Shown here piece after piece: positions 27,140 to 36,802 of a stretch of DNA of 43,611 nucleotides; the first letter of the stretch is position 1; the number at the start of each line of letters is the position of its first letter. The position numbers and the translations under genes are program-made. A model generated the notes under the pieces. It searched no databases and was not told the DNA's origin. It worked only from the letters and a program-made list of their open reading frames with translations. Origin of the DNA: Gemmatimonadaceae bacterium (lineage in GTDB: Bacteria; Gemmatimonadota; Gemmatimonadetes; Gemmatimonadales; Gemmatimonadaceae); NCBI GenBank assembly GCA_040902005.1, contig JBBDYA010000021.1:1-43611 (forward strand), given 5' to 3'.

Positions 27140-28885
27140 ATGCTCGTCCCGAAGATCGTCACGTCGCTGGAGACGTACGATCGCGCCCAGTTTTCCCGCG
27201 ACCTCGGAGCCGGCATCGTCGTCGGCATCGTCGCGCTTCCGCTGGCGATCGCGTTCGCCATCGCCAGCGGCGTAACGCCGGACCGCGGCCTCTGGACCGC
27301 CATCATCGCCGGCTTCATCATCTCCGCGTTCGGCGGCTCGCGCGTGCAGATCGGCGGACCCACGGGCGCGTTCATCGTCATCGTCTACGGCATCGTGCAG
27401 AAGCACGGCGTGGACGGGCTCATGATGGCGACGCTCATGGCCGGAGTGATTCTCGTCATCTTCGGTCTCGCGAAACTCGGCGCGGTGATGAAGTTCATCC
27501 CGCATCCGGTGATCACCGGATTCACCAGCGGCATCGCGGTGATCATCTTCGCGAGCCAGGTCAAGGACTTCCTGGGCCTGGAGATGGGCGACGTGCCCGC
27601 CGGGTTCGTGGAGAAGGTCGGCGCGTTCGTCGAGCACATCGGCTCCGTATCACCCGCGGCGGCCGGTGTCGCAATGACGGCGCTGGCGATCATCATGCTC
27701 TGGCCGCGCGTGAGCCATCGTATCCCGTCGCCGTTCGTGGCGCTGATCGCCACCACGGCGCTGGTACAGGTGTTCGGCATACCCGTGGAGACGATCGGCT
27801 CGCGGTTCGGCGAGATCAGCGCCTCTATCCCGGTGCCGCGGCTGCCGAACGTGTCATTTGCCCAGGCGGCGGCGCTGGTGGGACCGGCGTTCACCATCGC
27901 CCTCCTCGCGGCCATAGAGTCGCTGCTCTCCGCCGTGGTGGCCGACGGCATGATCGGCGGCCGCCACCGGTCCAACATGGAGCTGATCGCGCAGGGGATC
28001 GCCAACATCGCGTCTCCCCTCATGGGGGGCATGCCCGCCGCCGGCGCCATCGCCCGTACCGCGACGAACGTCAGGAACGGCGGCCGCACTCCCGTCGCCG
28101 GCATCGTCCACGCCTTCACCCTGCTGGTGATCACGCTCGCCGCGGGACGCTGGGCCGCGCTCATCCCGATGCCCACGCTCGCCGCGATCCTGGTCGTCGT
28201 CGCGTACCACATGAGCCAGTGGCGCGTGTTCCGCGCCGAATTGCGGTCGCCAAAGAGCGACGTCGCGGTGTTGCTCACGACCTTCGCGCTCACGGTGCTG
28301 GTGGACCTCACGGTCGCGATCGAGGTCGGCATGGTGCTCGCCGCCTTCCTGTTCATCAAGCGGATGTCGGAGGTCACCAACATCAGCGCGGTCACCGGCG
28401 AGCTGGAGGATGATCCGAGCGAGCAGGCGTACATGGGACCCAACGCCGTGAGCCGCCGGCGCGTGCCGAAAGGCGTACAGGTGTACGAGATCAACGGCCC
28501 GTTCTTCTTCGGCGCCGCCGAGCGGTTCAAGGATACCCTGGCGAGCGTGTCCGCCAAGCCGAAGGTGCTGATCATCCGCATGCGGCACGTGCTGGCGCTG
28601 GACTCTACCGGAATGCAGGCGCTCAAGGACGTGGTGCATCGCACCCGGGGCGATGGGACGATCGTGCTGCTCTCGGACGTGCACATGCAGCCCCTGGTGG
28701 CCCTGCAGGGATCCGTGACGATGGAGGACATCGGAATGGACAACGTCTTCGGCAACATTGACGACGCGCTGAACCGCGCGCGCCGCATCCTTGGCATCGC
28801 GGAGGAACGGCCGCCGGCCAGCGCCGAGCCCACAGTCGAGCGCGAGCGCACCGGTGGAGGGGGGGGGGGGGGGCCCGCGCACTGA
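27140..28885 (+). CDS. SulP/SLC26 anion permease with STAS domain
   Basis: DLGAGIVVGIVALPLAIAFAIASG, QIGGPTGAF, ESLLSA, GAIARTATN, GPFFFGAA, LDSTG. Confidence 0.95.
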   Translation: MLVPKIVTSLETYDRAQFSRDLGAGIVVGIVALPLAIAFAIASGVTPDRGLWTAIIAGFIISAFGGSRVQIGGPTGAFIVIVYGIVQKHGVDGLMMATLMAGVILVIFGLAKLGAVMKFIPHPVITGFTSGIAVIIFASQVKDFLGLEMGDVPAGFVEKVGAFVEHIGSVSPAAAGVAMTALAIIMLWPRVSHRIPSPFVALIATTALVQVFGIPVETIGSRFGEISASIPVPRLPNVSFAQAAALVGPAFTIALLAAIESLLSAVVADGMIGGRHRSNMELIAQGIANIASPLMGGMPAAGAIARTATNVRNGGRTPVAGIVHAFTLLVITLAAGRWAALIPMPTLAAILVVVAYHMSQWRVFRAELRSPKSDVAVLLTTFALTVLVDLTVAIEVGMVLAAFLFIKRMSEVTNISAVTGELEDDPSEQAYMGPNAVSRRRVPKGVQVYEINGPFFFGAAERFKDTLASVSAKPKVLIIRMRHVLALDSTGMQALKDVVHRTRGDGTIVLLSDVHMQPLVALQGSVTMEDIGMDNVFGNIDDALNRARRILGIAEERPPASAEPTVERERTGGGGGGGPAH

Positions 28886-28887
28886 CC

Positions 28888-29214
28888 ATGCTGCGCGACC
28901 AGCAGGACTACCTGATGCGCATGATCGCGATCGCGGCGGCCGCCGTCGCGCGCTTGCGCGCCCGGCTGCTGGAGGGAGATGCGCCGGACGAGATCGTCCA
29001 GGAGGCGCGCGCCGCACAGGGCGAGCTCCTGGGCAAGGATGCCGGGATGCTGCGCATGCTGGATCCGTCGTCGGCAGCCCACGTCCTGGGTGACAAGCTG
29101 CGCCTGGAGCAGTGGGCCGAGCTACTGCGCGTGGAGGCCGAGGCGCAACGCAGGGCCGGTCGCGAAGCCGAGGCGCAGTCCCTCGAGACACGGGCCGCGA
29201 GTCTCTCGCGATAG
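28888..29214 (+). CDS. Small helical hypothetical protein
   Basis: N-terminal QQDYLMRMI (DUF6483-like); tightly packed in the operon. Confidence 0.7.
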   Translation: MLRDQQDYLMRMIAIAAAAVARLRARLLEGDAPDEIVQEARAAQGELLGKDAGMLRMLDPSSAAHVLGDKLRLEQWAELLRVEAEAQRRAGREAEAQSLETRAASLSR

Positions 29215-29230
29215 CTCCCTATCTTCCGTG

Positions 29231-29713
29231 ATGCTCGACGCGATCAGATCCCTGCTCTCCGGACCGGGCAGGCAGGAGCCCACAAAGCCCAGGCGCGAAT
29301 CCATCCCGGCCGGGGTTGATCCCGTGCACGTCGCGGCATGCGCGCTGCTGCTCGACATCGCCCACGCGGACGGCGAATTCTCCGACGCCGAGCAGAAGCA
29401 CCTGGAGGAGGTCCTTGGCCGCCACTTCGGCCTGAGCGTCGAGGACGGCCACCGCCTGCTCGAGATTGCCGACGCGGAGCGTCAGCGCGCCGTGGACCAC
29501 TTCACCTTCACCTCCGTGCTGCACCGCAGCTACGACCTTGGCCAGAAGATGGTGCTGGCCGAGGTGATCTGGGGGCTGGTCCTGGCCGATGGCGAGATCG
29601 CGGAACACGAGCACTATCTCACCCGTAAGATCTCCAACCTGCTGGAGCTCCAGCCGGCATACCTGGCAACGGCCAAGGCCGCTGCCGCGAAAAAACTCGG
29701 GTCCGTCGAGTAA
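29231..29713 (+). CDS. TerB-family protein
   Basis: AACALLLDIAHADGEFSDAE; IWGLVLADGEIAEHE...KISNLL. Confidence 0.88.
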   Translation: MLDAIRSLLSGPGRQEPTKPRRESIPAGVDPVHVAACALLLDIAHADGEFSDAEQKHLEEVLGRHFGLSVEDGHRLLEIADAERQRAVDHFTFTSVLHRSYDLGQKMVLAEVIWGLVLADGEIAEHEHYLTRKISNLLELQPAYLATAKAAAAKKLGSVE

Positions 29714-29746
29714 CGCCTCGCGCGGCACAACCCCATATTGGCGACA

Positions 29747-31081
29747 ATGTCCACCACCGCGACGACACTGCTTGGCGGCCGGTACGAGATCGGGCGCGCC
29801 CTGGGGCAGGGAGCGTTCGGCCACACCGTGCTCGCGCACGATCGCCAGGAGGATCGCGCGGCGGCAATCAAGGTGCTCGACAGCCGCGTGCGCGACGGCC
29901 TCAAGTCGTACGAACTGTTCAAGCGCGAGGCCGACGTGTTGCGCGCCGTGCGCCACCACGGGATCCCCGAAGTCTTCGACGCTTTTCAGGACCAGTGGCT
30001 CGGGGCGCCCGCCGCCTTTCTCGTGATGGAGTACGTGGAGGGCACGTCCCTCGCCCGGATCATCGACGAGAAGCGCACGCTGGACCCCGGCGAACTCGCG
30101 CACATCTTCCTCGAGCTGCTCGGCATTCTCGACTATCTGCACGGGCGCGTGCCGCCGATCCTGCACCGCGACATCAAACCGTCGAACATCATCGTGCGCC
30201 CCAACGGATTCCCGGCGCTGGTGGACTTCGGCTCCGTGCGCCGCGTGTTCATGGGGCCCGAGGAGAGCGGATCGACCATCGCGGGCACCTACGGTTACAT
30301 GCCCTACGAGCAGTACATGGGGCAGGCGTCGCCCGCGAGCGACCTGTACGCGCTGGGAGGGACCATGCTGCATCTGTTGACCGGCCGCCCGCCGCGCGAC
30401 TTCATGTCGGATGCAGGCATCGTTGCCGTCCCCGAGACCCTGCCGGGTGAGTCGCGCCTGCGCACGGTGATTGCCCGGTTGCTGCGCGCCTCGCCCGCGG
30501 AGCGATTTGTGTCGGCGAGGGACGTGCGCAGCGCGCTGATCGGAACCGTCGCGGTGGCCCGGACGGATGCGGCCCCGCGCGTCCACCTGGCCTCCGTGGC
30601 GCATGCGATGGACGCGCTCACGGCCATGCCCCCTGCTCCGCGTCCGATCGCCGGAGACACCAAGCGGTTGCTGAAGAGCGTCTCGCCAAGCGCGTTGCGG
30701 CTGATGAACGCCAGCGACAAGGATGGCTATTCATGGAGCCTGATGGACGTGCTGGGCGTCGGCTTCTTCTCCCTTGTGACGGCCGGCATTCTCCCGATGG
30801 TGTTTCTGAACATGGCGAGCGCGAGAAAGCGCCGGCTCAGGCGTTTCTTTCGAGACGGACTTGTCTCCACGGGAGAGGTGTTGAAGATCGAAAGTGAGAC
30901 GACCGCGTTCGATGAGAAGATCAGCCGGGTCTCGTACGAGTTCGAGGTCGACGGCCTGGTCCACCGGGACTCGGATACCGTGGTGCCCGGTGTGACTGCT
31001 CGATGGAAGGCCGGGGACCGGGTGCCGATTCTCTATCTGCCTGACCGCGACTACGACAGCGTCATCATCGCGGTCCAGTAG
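29747..31081 (+). CDS. Hanks-type Ser/Thr kinase with TM segment and C-terminal DUF3592-like domain
   Basis: LGQGAFG, AIK, HRDIKPSN, DFG, GTYGYMPYE, SDLYALG. Confidence 0.92.
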   Translation: MSTTATTLLGGRYEIGRALGQGAFGHTVLAHDRQEDRAAAIKVLDSRVRDGLKSYELFKREADVLRAVRHHGIPEVFDAFQDQWLGAPAAFLVMEYVEGTSLARIIDEKRTLDPGELAHIFLELLGILDYLHGRVPPILHRDIKPSNIIVRPNGFPALVDFGSVRRVFMGPEESGSTIAGTYGYMPYEQYMGQASPASDLYALGGTMLHLLTGRPPRDFMSDAGIVAVPETLPGESRLRTVIARLLRASPAERFVSARDVRSALIGTVAVARTDAAPRVHLASVAHAMDALTAMPPAPRPIAGDTKRLLKSVSPSALRLMNASDKDGYSWSLMDVLGVGFFSLVTAGILPMVFLNMASARKRRLRRFFRDGLVSTGEVLKIESETTAFDEKISRVSYEFEVDGLVHRDSDTVVPGVTARWKAGDRVPILYLPDRDYDSVIIAVQ

Positions 31082-31090
31082 CTTTCGACG

Positions 31091-32023
31091 ATGCGCATCG
31101 TTTCCCTGCTGCCCAGTGCCACCGAAATCGTCTGTGCCCTGGGGCTCGACGACCACCTCGTGGGGGTCACGCACGAGTGCGACTACCCGCGCTCGGTGCT
31201 GGGGCTGCCCAAGGTCACGAACACGCTGATTCCCCCCCCAACCGACGCGTCCAGCGCGGAGATCGACGCCCTGGTCCGCGACCGGTTGGGCGGTCAGTCG
31301 GCGCTTTACACGCTGAACATGGCTGCGCTGGAGCGGTTGCGTCCTGACTTGATCGTCACCCAGGCGCTGTGCGACGTCTGCGCTGTCTCGGAAGACGAGG
31401 TGAAGAACGCGGCCTGCTCGCTCCCCGGCACGCCGCGCGTGCTCAACCTCGAGCCGGAGACACTCGAGCAGGTGCTGGACTGCGTGCGCGTGGTTGGCGA
31501 AGCAGCAGGTGTCGCGTCGCGCGCCGGCGACGTCGTGCGGTCGCTGCGCGCGCGGGTGCAGGCTGTCGCGGACCGCGATCGGGCGGTGCGAACGCGCCCG
31601 CGCGTGGCACTGCTGGAATGGCTCGACCCACCATTTTCCACCGGCCACTGGAACCCGGAGCTGGTGCGGCTGGCCGGCGGCGAGGACGGGCTGGGTCGCA
31701 CGGGCGAGAAATCGCGCACCCTCACGTGGGACGAGGTAATCGCGTGGCGGCCGGAGGTCGTCGTCATCTCCTGCTGCGGATTCACCACCGAGCGGGCCTT
31801 GCAGGACGTGGGTCCGCTGCGTGACGTGCCCGGGTGGGACGACCTGCCCGCGGTGCGCGATCAACGCGTGTACGTCACCGACGGCTCCGCCTACTTCAGC
31901 CGCCCGGGGCCGCGGCTGGTGAACAGTCTCGAGTTGCTCGCGCACGTGATCCATCCGGACGTGCATCCGTTGCCGGACTGGGTGATGCCGCCGGTGCGGC
32001 TCGCGGCGCCCGCGCACGCATGA
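31091..32023 (+). CDS. BtuF-like (class III) substrate-binding protein without signal peptide
   Basis: MRIVSLLPSATEIV, GVTHECDYP, PDLIVTQALCDVCAV, FSRPGPRL. Confidence 0.88.
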   Translation: MRIVSLLPSATEIVCALGLDDHLVGVTHECDYPRSVLGLPKVTNTLIPPPTDASSAEIDALVRDRLGGQSALYTLNMAALERLRPDLIVTQALCDVCAVSEDEVKNAACSLPGTPRVLNLEPETLEQVLDCVRVVGEAAGVASRAGDVVRSLRARVQAVADRDRAVRTRPRVALLEWLDPPFSTGHWNPELVRLAGGEDGLGRTGEKSRTLTWDEVIAWRPEVVVISCCGFTTERALQDVGPLRDVPGWDDLPAVRDQRVYVTDGSAYFSRPGPRLVNSLELLAHVIHPDVHPLPDWVMPPVRLAAPAHA

Positions 32024-32454
32024 ACGTCCGGCCCGTGAGGCACGACGAGCGCGCGGAGTATCAGCGCATGCGCCTGGCGCTCTGGCCGGATAGCAGCGAT
32101 GCCGACAACGATTCGTGGTTCGCCCGCGATGATGCGGCGACGTTCGTGGCGGAATACCCGAACGGCTCGCTGTGCGGCTTCGTGGAGGTGGGCAGCCGGC
32201 CGTACGCCGAAGGGTGTGACTCGAGTCCGGTGGGCTTCATCGAGGGCTGGTGGGTCGCTGAGGACGTTCGGCGAACCGGCGTGGGCCGCGCGCTGCTCGC
32301 CGCCGCCGAAACGTGGGCGCGCTCGAAGGGATACACCGAGATGGGTTCCGATGCGCTGCTCGACAATCACACGAGCCACGCCGCGCACGGCCGCTGCGGC
32401 TACAGCGAGGTGGAGCGGCAGGTCATGTTCCGGAAATCCCTAGCCGCTTCCTGA
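32020..32454 (+). CDS. GNAT acetyltransferase, AAC(6')-I-like
   Basis: MRLALWP, GFVEVGSRPYAEGCDSSPVGFIEGWWV, RRTGVGRALL, EMGSDA, S...H...G..E; ATGA overlap with the upstream gene. Confidence 0.85.
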   Translation: MNVRPVRHDERAEYQRMRLALWPDSSDADNDSWFARDDAATFVAEYPNGSLCGFVEVGSRPYAEGCDSSPVGFIEGWWVAEDVRRTGVGRALLAAAETWARSKGYTEMGSDALLDNHTSHAAHGRCGYSEVERQVMFRKSLAAS

Positions 32455-33493
32455 GAAACTCCAGCACGTCGGACTCGTGCTGTCGAAGCACGCCGCCGGG
32501 CTTGCGGGGCGCCGTCTTGTCCCGCGGCGGCATCGGCGGAAGCACGTCCCCTTCCAGATACCCCGCGATCAGCGCGGGATGGATGTAGTATTTCCGGCAG
32601 ACGGTGCGGGTGTTTCCGAGCCGGGCCGCCGTCGCGTCCACGGCGCGCACGATGTTCCGCTCCGCCTCTTTCCTGGTGGGCGCGGGTCCGATGTTCCGGA
32701 GAAACTCCGCGGCGTCCATCGTGCCGGCCCAGGTGCGAAAGTCCTTCGCGGTGACGTCCGCGCCCGTGACCGCGTACAAGTACTCGTTCACGTGCTCGGC
32801 TTCCACCTCGCGGCGCGCCCCGTGGTCGTCCAGGTACTTGAACAGCACCTCGCCGCGCAGTTCCTGGCACCGCTGCACGATCCGGGCAATGCGCAGGTCC
32901 GTGACGTCCACGGCGTGCTCCACGCCACTCTTGCCGCGAAACTCGAACCGCAGCTTCGCCCCATCCACCTCCACGTGGCGCTTGCGCAGCGTGGTGAGGC
33001 CGTACGACTTGTTCTCGCGCGACAGCTCCTCCGTGCCCACGCGGATCAGCGTCCGCTCCAGCAGCCACACCACGGTGGCAAGCACCTTCTTCACGGGCAG
33101 CCCATCGCGCTTCACGTCCTTCTCCACTTCGTCGCGAATCCGCCAGATCACCTTTCCGAAGTCGAACAGCCGCTCGAACTTGGTGCTGTCGCGCTGCGCG
33201 CGGAACTGCGGGTGGTACCGGTACTGCTTGCGTCCGCGCGCGTCGCGCGCCGTGACCTGCAGGTGTCCGTCCTCGTGGGGACAGATCCACACCTCCGTCC
33301 ACGCGGGCGGAATCACGAGCGATCGGAAGCGCCGGATCTCGTCACGGGAGCGGATGGGTTTGCCGTCCGCGTCCACGTAGGAGAATCCGGTGCCGTTGCG
33401 CTTGCGCCGAATGCCCGGCATGGCGTCGCTGACATAGCGCAGCCCTGCCGCTCTTGCGGATTCGAGATGTTCTGGAGCGGCAGTCAGTCCCAC
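32423..33493 (-). CDS. Bacterial DNA topoisomerase IB (poxvirus-like)
   Basis: IPPAWTEVWI, GRKQYRYH, IRVG, YGLTTLR, FRGKSG, KDFRTW, LGNTRTVCRKYYIHP (catalytic Tyr). Confidence 0.93.
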   Translation of the reverse strand: MGLTAAPEHLESARAAGLRYVSDAMPGIRRKRNGTGFSYVDADGKPIRSRDEIRRFRSLVIPPAWTEVWICPHEDGHLQVTARDARGRKQYRYHPQFRAQRDSTKFERLFDFGKVIWRIRDEVEKDVKRDGLPVKKVLATVVWLLERTLIRVGTEELSRENKSYGLTTLRKRHVEVDGAKLRFEFRGKSGVEHAVDVTDLRIARIVQRCQELRGEVLFKYLDDHGARREVEAEHVNEYLYAVTGADVTAKDFRTWAGTMDAAEFLRNIGPAPTRKEAERNIVRAVDATAARLGNTRTVCRKYYIHPALIAGYLEGDVLPPMPPRDKTAPRKPGGVLRQHESDVLEFLRKRLGISGT

Positions 33494-33622
33494 TCTCCCC
33501 CCCTCCCTGCGCGAAGTCTAGGCGCTAAGGAGACAGACGCTATGAGGAGCCGCTTGGCAACGCGCTCGGCCGCGGCCCGACGACATGGCAGGATGCAGAG
33601 GGATGCGTCACATTTCGCGCGC

Positions 33623-34816
33623 ATGCTCCTCACTACCCCCTTCCACGCCCGCACCGCGCCGCTCGTGCGCGCGCAAACCTGGCGCCGCTGGGCCGGGCAC
33701 CAGGTGGCCTCGGCGTACGATCCGCATCCGGAGCGCGAGTACGCGGCCGTCCGCAATTCCGCCGCCCTGTTCGACGTGTCGCCCCTGCACAAGTATCTGA
33801 TCACGGGACGGGACGCGGCGCGGCTGCTGGACCGCATGGTCACGCGCGACGTGCGCGCGTGCGCGGTGGGACAGGTGCTCTACACCCCGTGGTGCGACGC
33901 GGCCGGCAAGGTCGTGGACGACGGCACGGTGAGCCGGCTGGACGAATCCACGTATCGCCTCACCAGCGCGGAACCCACCATGCGCTGGCTGAAGATGAGC
34001 GCGCAGGGGGGGATGAAAGTGGACATCGAGGACGTGTCGGAATCGACCGGCGCGCTTGCGCTCCAGGGGCCGCTCTCGCGCACGATCCTCGGACAGCTCA
34101 CGCCGGATGCGGACGCGCTCCGTTATTTCCGGCTCGTGCACACGCGGCTGCGCGGCGTGCCCGTCACGATCTCGCGCACCGGCTATACCGGCGACCTGGG
34201 ATACGAGATCTGGGTAGCCCGCGAGCAGGCGGTTCCCCTCTGGGACGCGCTGATGGACGCGGGGGCCAACTACGGCATCGTTCCCGCCGGCATCTGGGCG
34301 CTGGACATCGCCCGCATCGAAGCCGGCCTGATCATGCTGGACGTGGACTACTTCTCCACCCACCACGCCACGATCGAGGACCAGAAATCCTCCCCGTATG
34401 AGCTGAACCTCGGCTGGACGGTCAGCGACGCCATGGGGGGGGGGCCCTTCACGGGCCAGCGCGCCCTGCGCGACGAGAAGGCACGCGGGCCGGCGTGGCG
34501 CTTCGTGGGGCTGGAGATCGACTGGGTGGGCTTCGAGAAGCTGCATCAGGAGCGCGGGCTCGCGCCGCACGTGCCGAATACTGCGTGGCGCGCCAGCGCG
34601 CCCCTGCTGGCCGGCGGCAGGCAGGTGGGCTACGCCACGAGCGGCACCTGGTCTCCGCTACTCAAGAGATACCTCGCGCTGGGCCACGTGAGCGCGGCGT
34701 TCGGCGCGCCCGGCACCACGCTGGACATCGAGCTCACGGTCGAGCACCGCCGCAAGCGCACCGCCGTCACGGTGCGCAAGCTGCCCTTCTTCGACCCGGC
34801 GCGAAAGCGCGCGTGA
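33623..34816 (+). CDS. GcvT-like aminomethyltransferase family protein
   Basis: TPFH, EY.AVR..AALFDVSPL, VVDDG, ALQGP, SRTGYTGDLGYEI, RIEAG, PFFDP. Confidence 0.92.
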   Translation: MLLTTPFHARTAPLVRAQTWRRWAGHQVASAYDPHPEREYAAVRNSAALFDVSPLHKYLITGRDAARLLDRMVTRDVRACAVGQVLYTPWCDAAGKVVDDGTVSRLDESTYRLTSAEPTMRWLKMSAQGGMKVDIEDVSESTGALALQGPLSRTILGQLTPDADALRYFRLVHTRLRGVPVTISRTGYTGDLGYEIWVAREQAVPLWDALMDAGANYGIVPAGIWALDIARIEAGLIMLDVDYFSTHHATIEDQKSSPYELNLGWTVSDAMGGGPFTGQRALRDEKARGPAWRFVGLEIDWVGFEKLHQERGLAPHVPNTAWRASAPLLAGGRQVGYATSGTWSPLLKRYLALGHVSAAFGAPGTTLDIELTVEHRRKRTAVTVRKLPFFDPARKRA

Positions 34817-34817
34817 C

Positions 34818-35195
34818 ATGAACGTCGTCCTCATCTTCGTGGGTGCCGGATTGGGCGGCGTCGCGCGGTATGGCGTGGGTCATCTGCTGCTCAGGCCCGG
34901 GATGTCATTCCCCTGGCCAACCCTCGTCGTGAACGTCTCCGGGTCGCTGGCGATCACGCTCCTGGTGGGGTTCATGGAAGCGCGCGGGCTGCCACCGCAC
35001 TGGCAGGCATTCCTCACCATCGGACTGTGCGGCGGCTACACCACGTTTTCCGCCTTCAGCTACGAAACGATGGCGCTCATACAGTCGGGGCACTGGGAGC
35101 GCGCCGCGTGGTACGCACTCGCGAGCGTCGTGCTCTGCGTCATCGCGGCATTCATCGGATTGCGGCTCGGCACCATGCTCTTCCGCGCCGCATGA
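34818..35195 (+). CDS. crcB: Fluoride channel Fluc/CrcB
   Basis: GAGLGGVARY, FPWPTLVVNVSGS, GLCGGYTTFSAF. Confidence 0.93.
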   Translation: MNVVLIFVGAGLGGVARYGVGHLLLRPGMSFPWPTLVVNVSGSLAITLLVGFMEARGLPPHWQAFLTIGLCGGYTTFSAFSYETMALIQSGHWERAAWYALASVVLCVIAAFIGLRLGTMLFRAA

Positions 35196-36802
35196 CGCCA
35201 GCCAACCGGTATGACGCGATCGTCATCGGCGGCGGGCACAACGGCCTTGTGGCCGCGGCCTACCTCGCGCGTGCCGGCCGGAAGACCGTCGTGCTCGAGC
35301 GTCGCCCCCTCGTGGGCGGGGCCGCCGTCACGGAGCAGATCGTTCCGGGCTACAAGTTCTCCGTCTTCTCCTACGTCGTGAGTCTCCTGCGGCCGGAGAT
35401 CATCCGCGACCTCGAGCTCCCGGCGCACGGGCTTCAGATCCTGCCGCTGGAGAGCACCGTCACGCCACTGGACAACGGCGACTACCTGGCCGGCTGGGCG
35501 GACGCGGACGAGACGCGGCGTGAGCTGGAGCGCCACTCGCGACACGACGCGGAGTCGTACAAGGTGTTCGGCCGACTGATGCAGCACATGGCGATGGCGG
35601 TGAAGCCGATCCTCGGCATGGTGCCGCCCGATCCATCATCACTCTCGCCGGGCGACCTCAGGGGCATGCTGAAGCTCGGCGGGCATTTCCGCTCGCTGGG
35701 CGCCGAACGTTTTCACGCGCTGCACAAGCTCATGACCATGAGCAGCGCGGACTATCTCGATGAGTGGTTCGAGTTCGACCCGCTCAAGGCGACGAAATCC
35801 GCCAGCGGCATCATCGGCACGTTCCTGGGGCCGCGCTCCCCCGGCAGCGCCTACGTGCTGCTGCACCATTACATGGGCGAGATCGACGGCGCCTTTCGCG
35901 CGTGGGGATTCCAGAAGGGGGGCACCGGCGCGATCAGCGACGCCATCGCATCCGCCGCGCGCGGCTTCGGCGCGGAGATCCGCACGGATGCGGCGGTCGA
36001 GCGGGTGCTGCTGAAGGGTGACACGGTCACCGGCGTGGCGCTGATGAACGGCGACGAGCTGCACGCCCCGATCGTGATCTCCGGGCTGGATCCGCGACGC
36101 ACCTTTCTGCAGTTGCTGGACCCCCGGCAGCTGCCCCCGCACCTGGTGGACGGCATCAACCGGTACAAGTTCCGCGGCTCGTCCGGCAAGGTGAATCTCG
36201 CGCTCAGCGGGCTACCCGAGTTCACGTGCACGAAGCACGACCCCGGCCTGGCGCGACGGGCGCTCCGCGGCGCGTTCTCGATCTCGCCGAGCGTGGAGTA
36301 CCTCGAGCGCGCCTACGACGACGCCAAGTACGGCCAGTTCTCCCGGCATCCATACATGGACGTCGTGATTCCCTCGATGATCGATCCGGGGATGGCGCCC
36401 CCCGGGCAGCACGTGATGAGCATGTTCGTGCAGTACGCGCCGCACAGCCGCACCGGGGGCTGGGACGACGCCGGTCGCGACGCGTTCGGCCACGCGGTGA
36501 TCAAGACCCTGGCGCGCTACGCGCCGAACATCGAATCGCTCATCGTGGGCAAGCAGGTGCTGACGCCCGCGGACATCGAGCGCATCACGGGGCTCACGGA
36601 GGGGAACATCTTCCAGGGCGAGCTCGCGCTCCAGCAGCTCTTCTTTTTGCGGCCGGTGCCGGAGTGGGCCAGGTACCGCACGCCGATCCGCGGGTTCTGG
36701 CAGTGCGGCGCGGGCACGCACCCGGGGGGCGGGATCATGGGCGCAAGCGGCCGGCTCGCGGCGCTGGAGATCGTGGGCTCGGCAACGGGGAAAGGCGCGT
36801 GA
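35192..36802 (+). CDS. Phytoene-desaturase-like FAD-dependent oxidoreductase
   Basis: IGGGHNGL Rossmann motif, GGAAVTE, GNIFQGEL, GAGTHPGGGIMGASG; ATGA overlap with crcB. Confidence 0.92.
   Translation: MTPANRYDAIVIGGGHNGLVAAAYLARAGRKTVVLERRPLVGGAAVTEQIVPGYKFSVFSYVVSLLRPEIIRDLELPAHGLQILPLESTVTPLDNGDYLAGWADADETRRELERHSRHDAESYKVFGRLMQHMAMAVKPILGMVPPDPSSLSPGDLRGMLKLGGHFRSLGAERFHALHKLMTMSSADYLDEWFEFDPLKATKSASGIIGTFLGPRSPGSAYVLLHHYMGEIDGAFRAWGFQKGGTGAISDAIASAARGFGAEIRTDAAVERVLLKGDTVTGVALMNGDELHAPIVISGLDPRRTFLQLLDPRQLPPHLVDGINRYKFRGSSGKVNLALSGLPEFTCTKHDPGLARRALRGAFSISPSVEYLERAYDDAKYGQFSRHPYMDVVIPSMIDPGMAPPGQHVMSMFVQYAPHSRTGGWDDAGRDAFGHAVIKTLARYAPNIESLIVGKQVLTPADIERITGLTEGNIFQGELALQQLFFLRPVPEWARYRTPIRGFWQCGAGTHPGGGIMGASGRLAALEIVGSATGKGA

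Noticed and set aside
33494..33622. Fluoride or glycine riboswitch upstream of the gcvT-like/crcB operon
   Set aside because: No recognisable consensus; an Rfam cmscan would be decisive.
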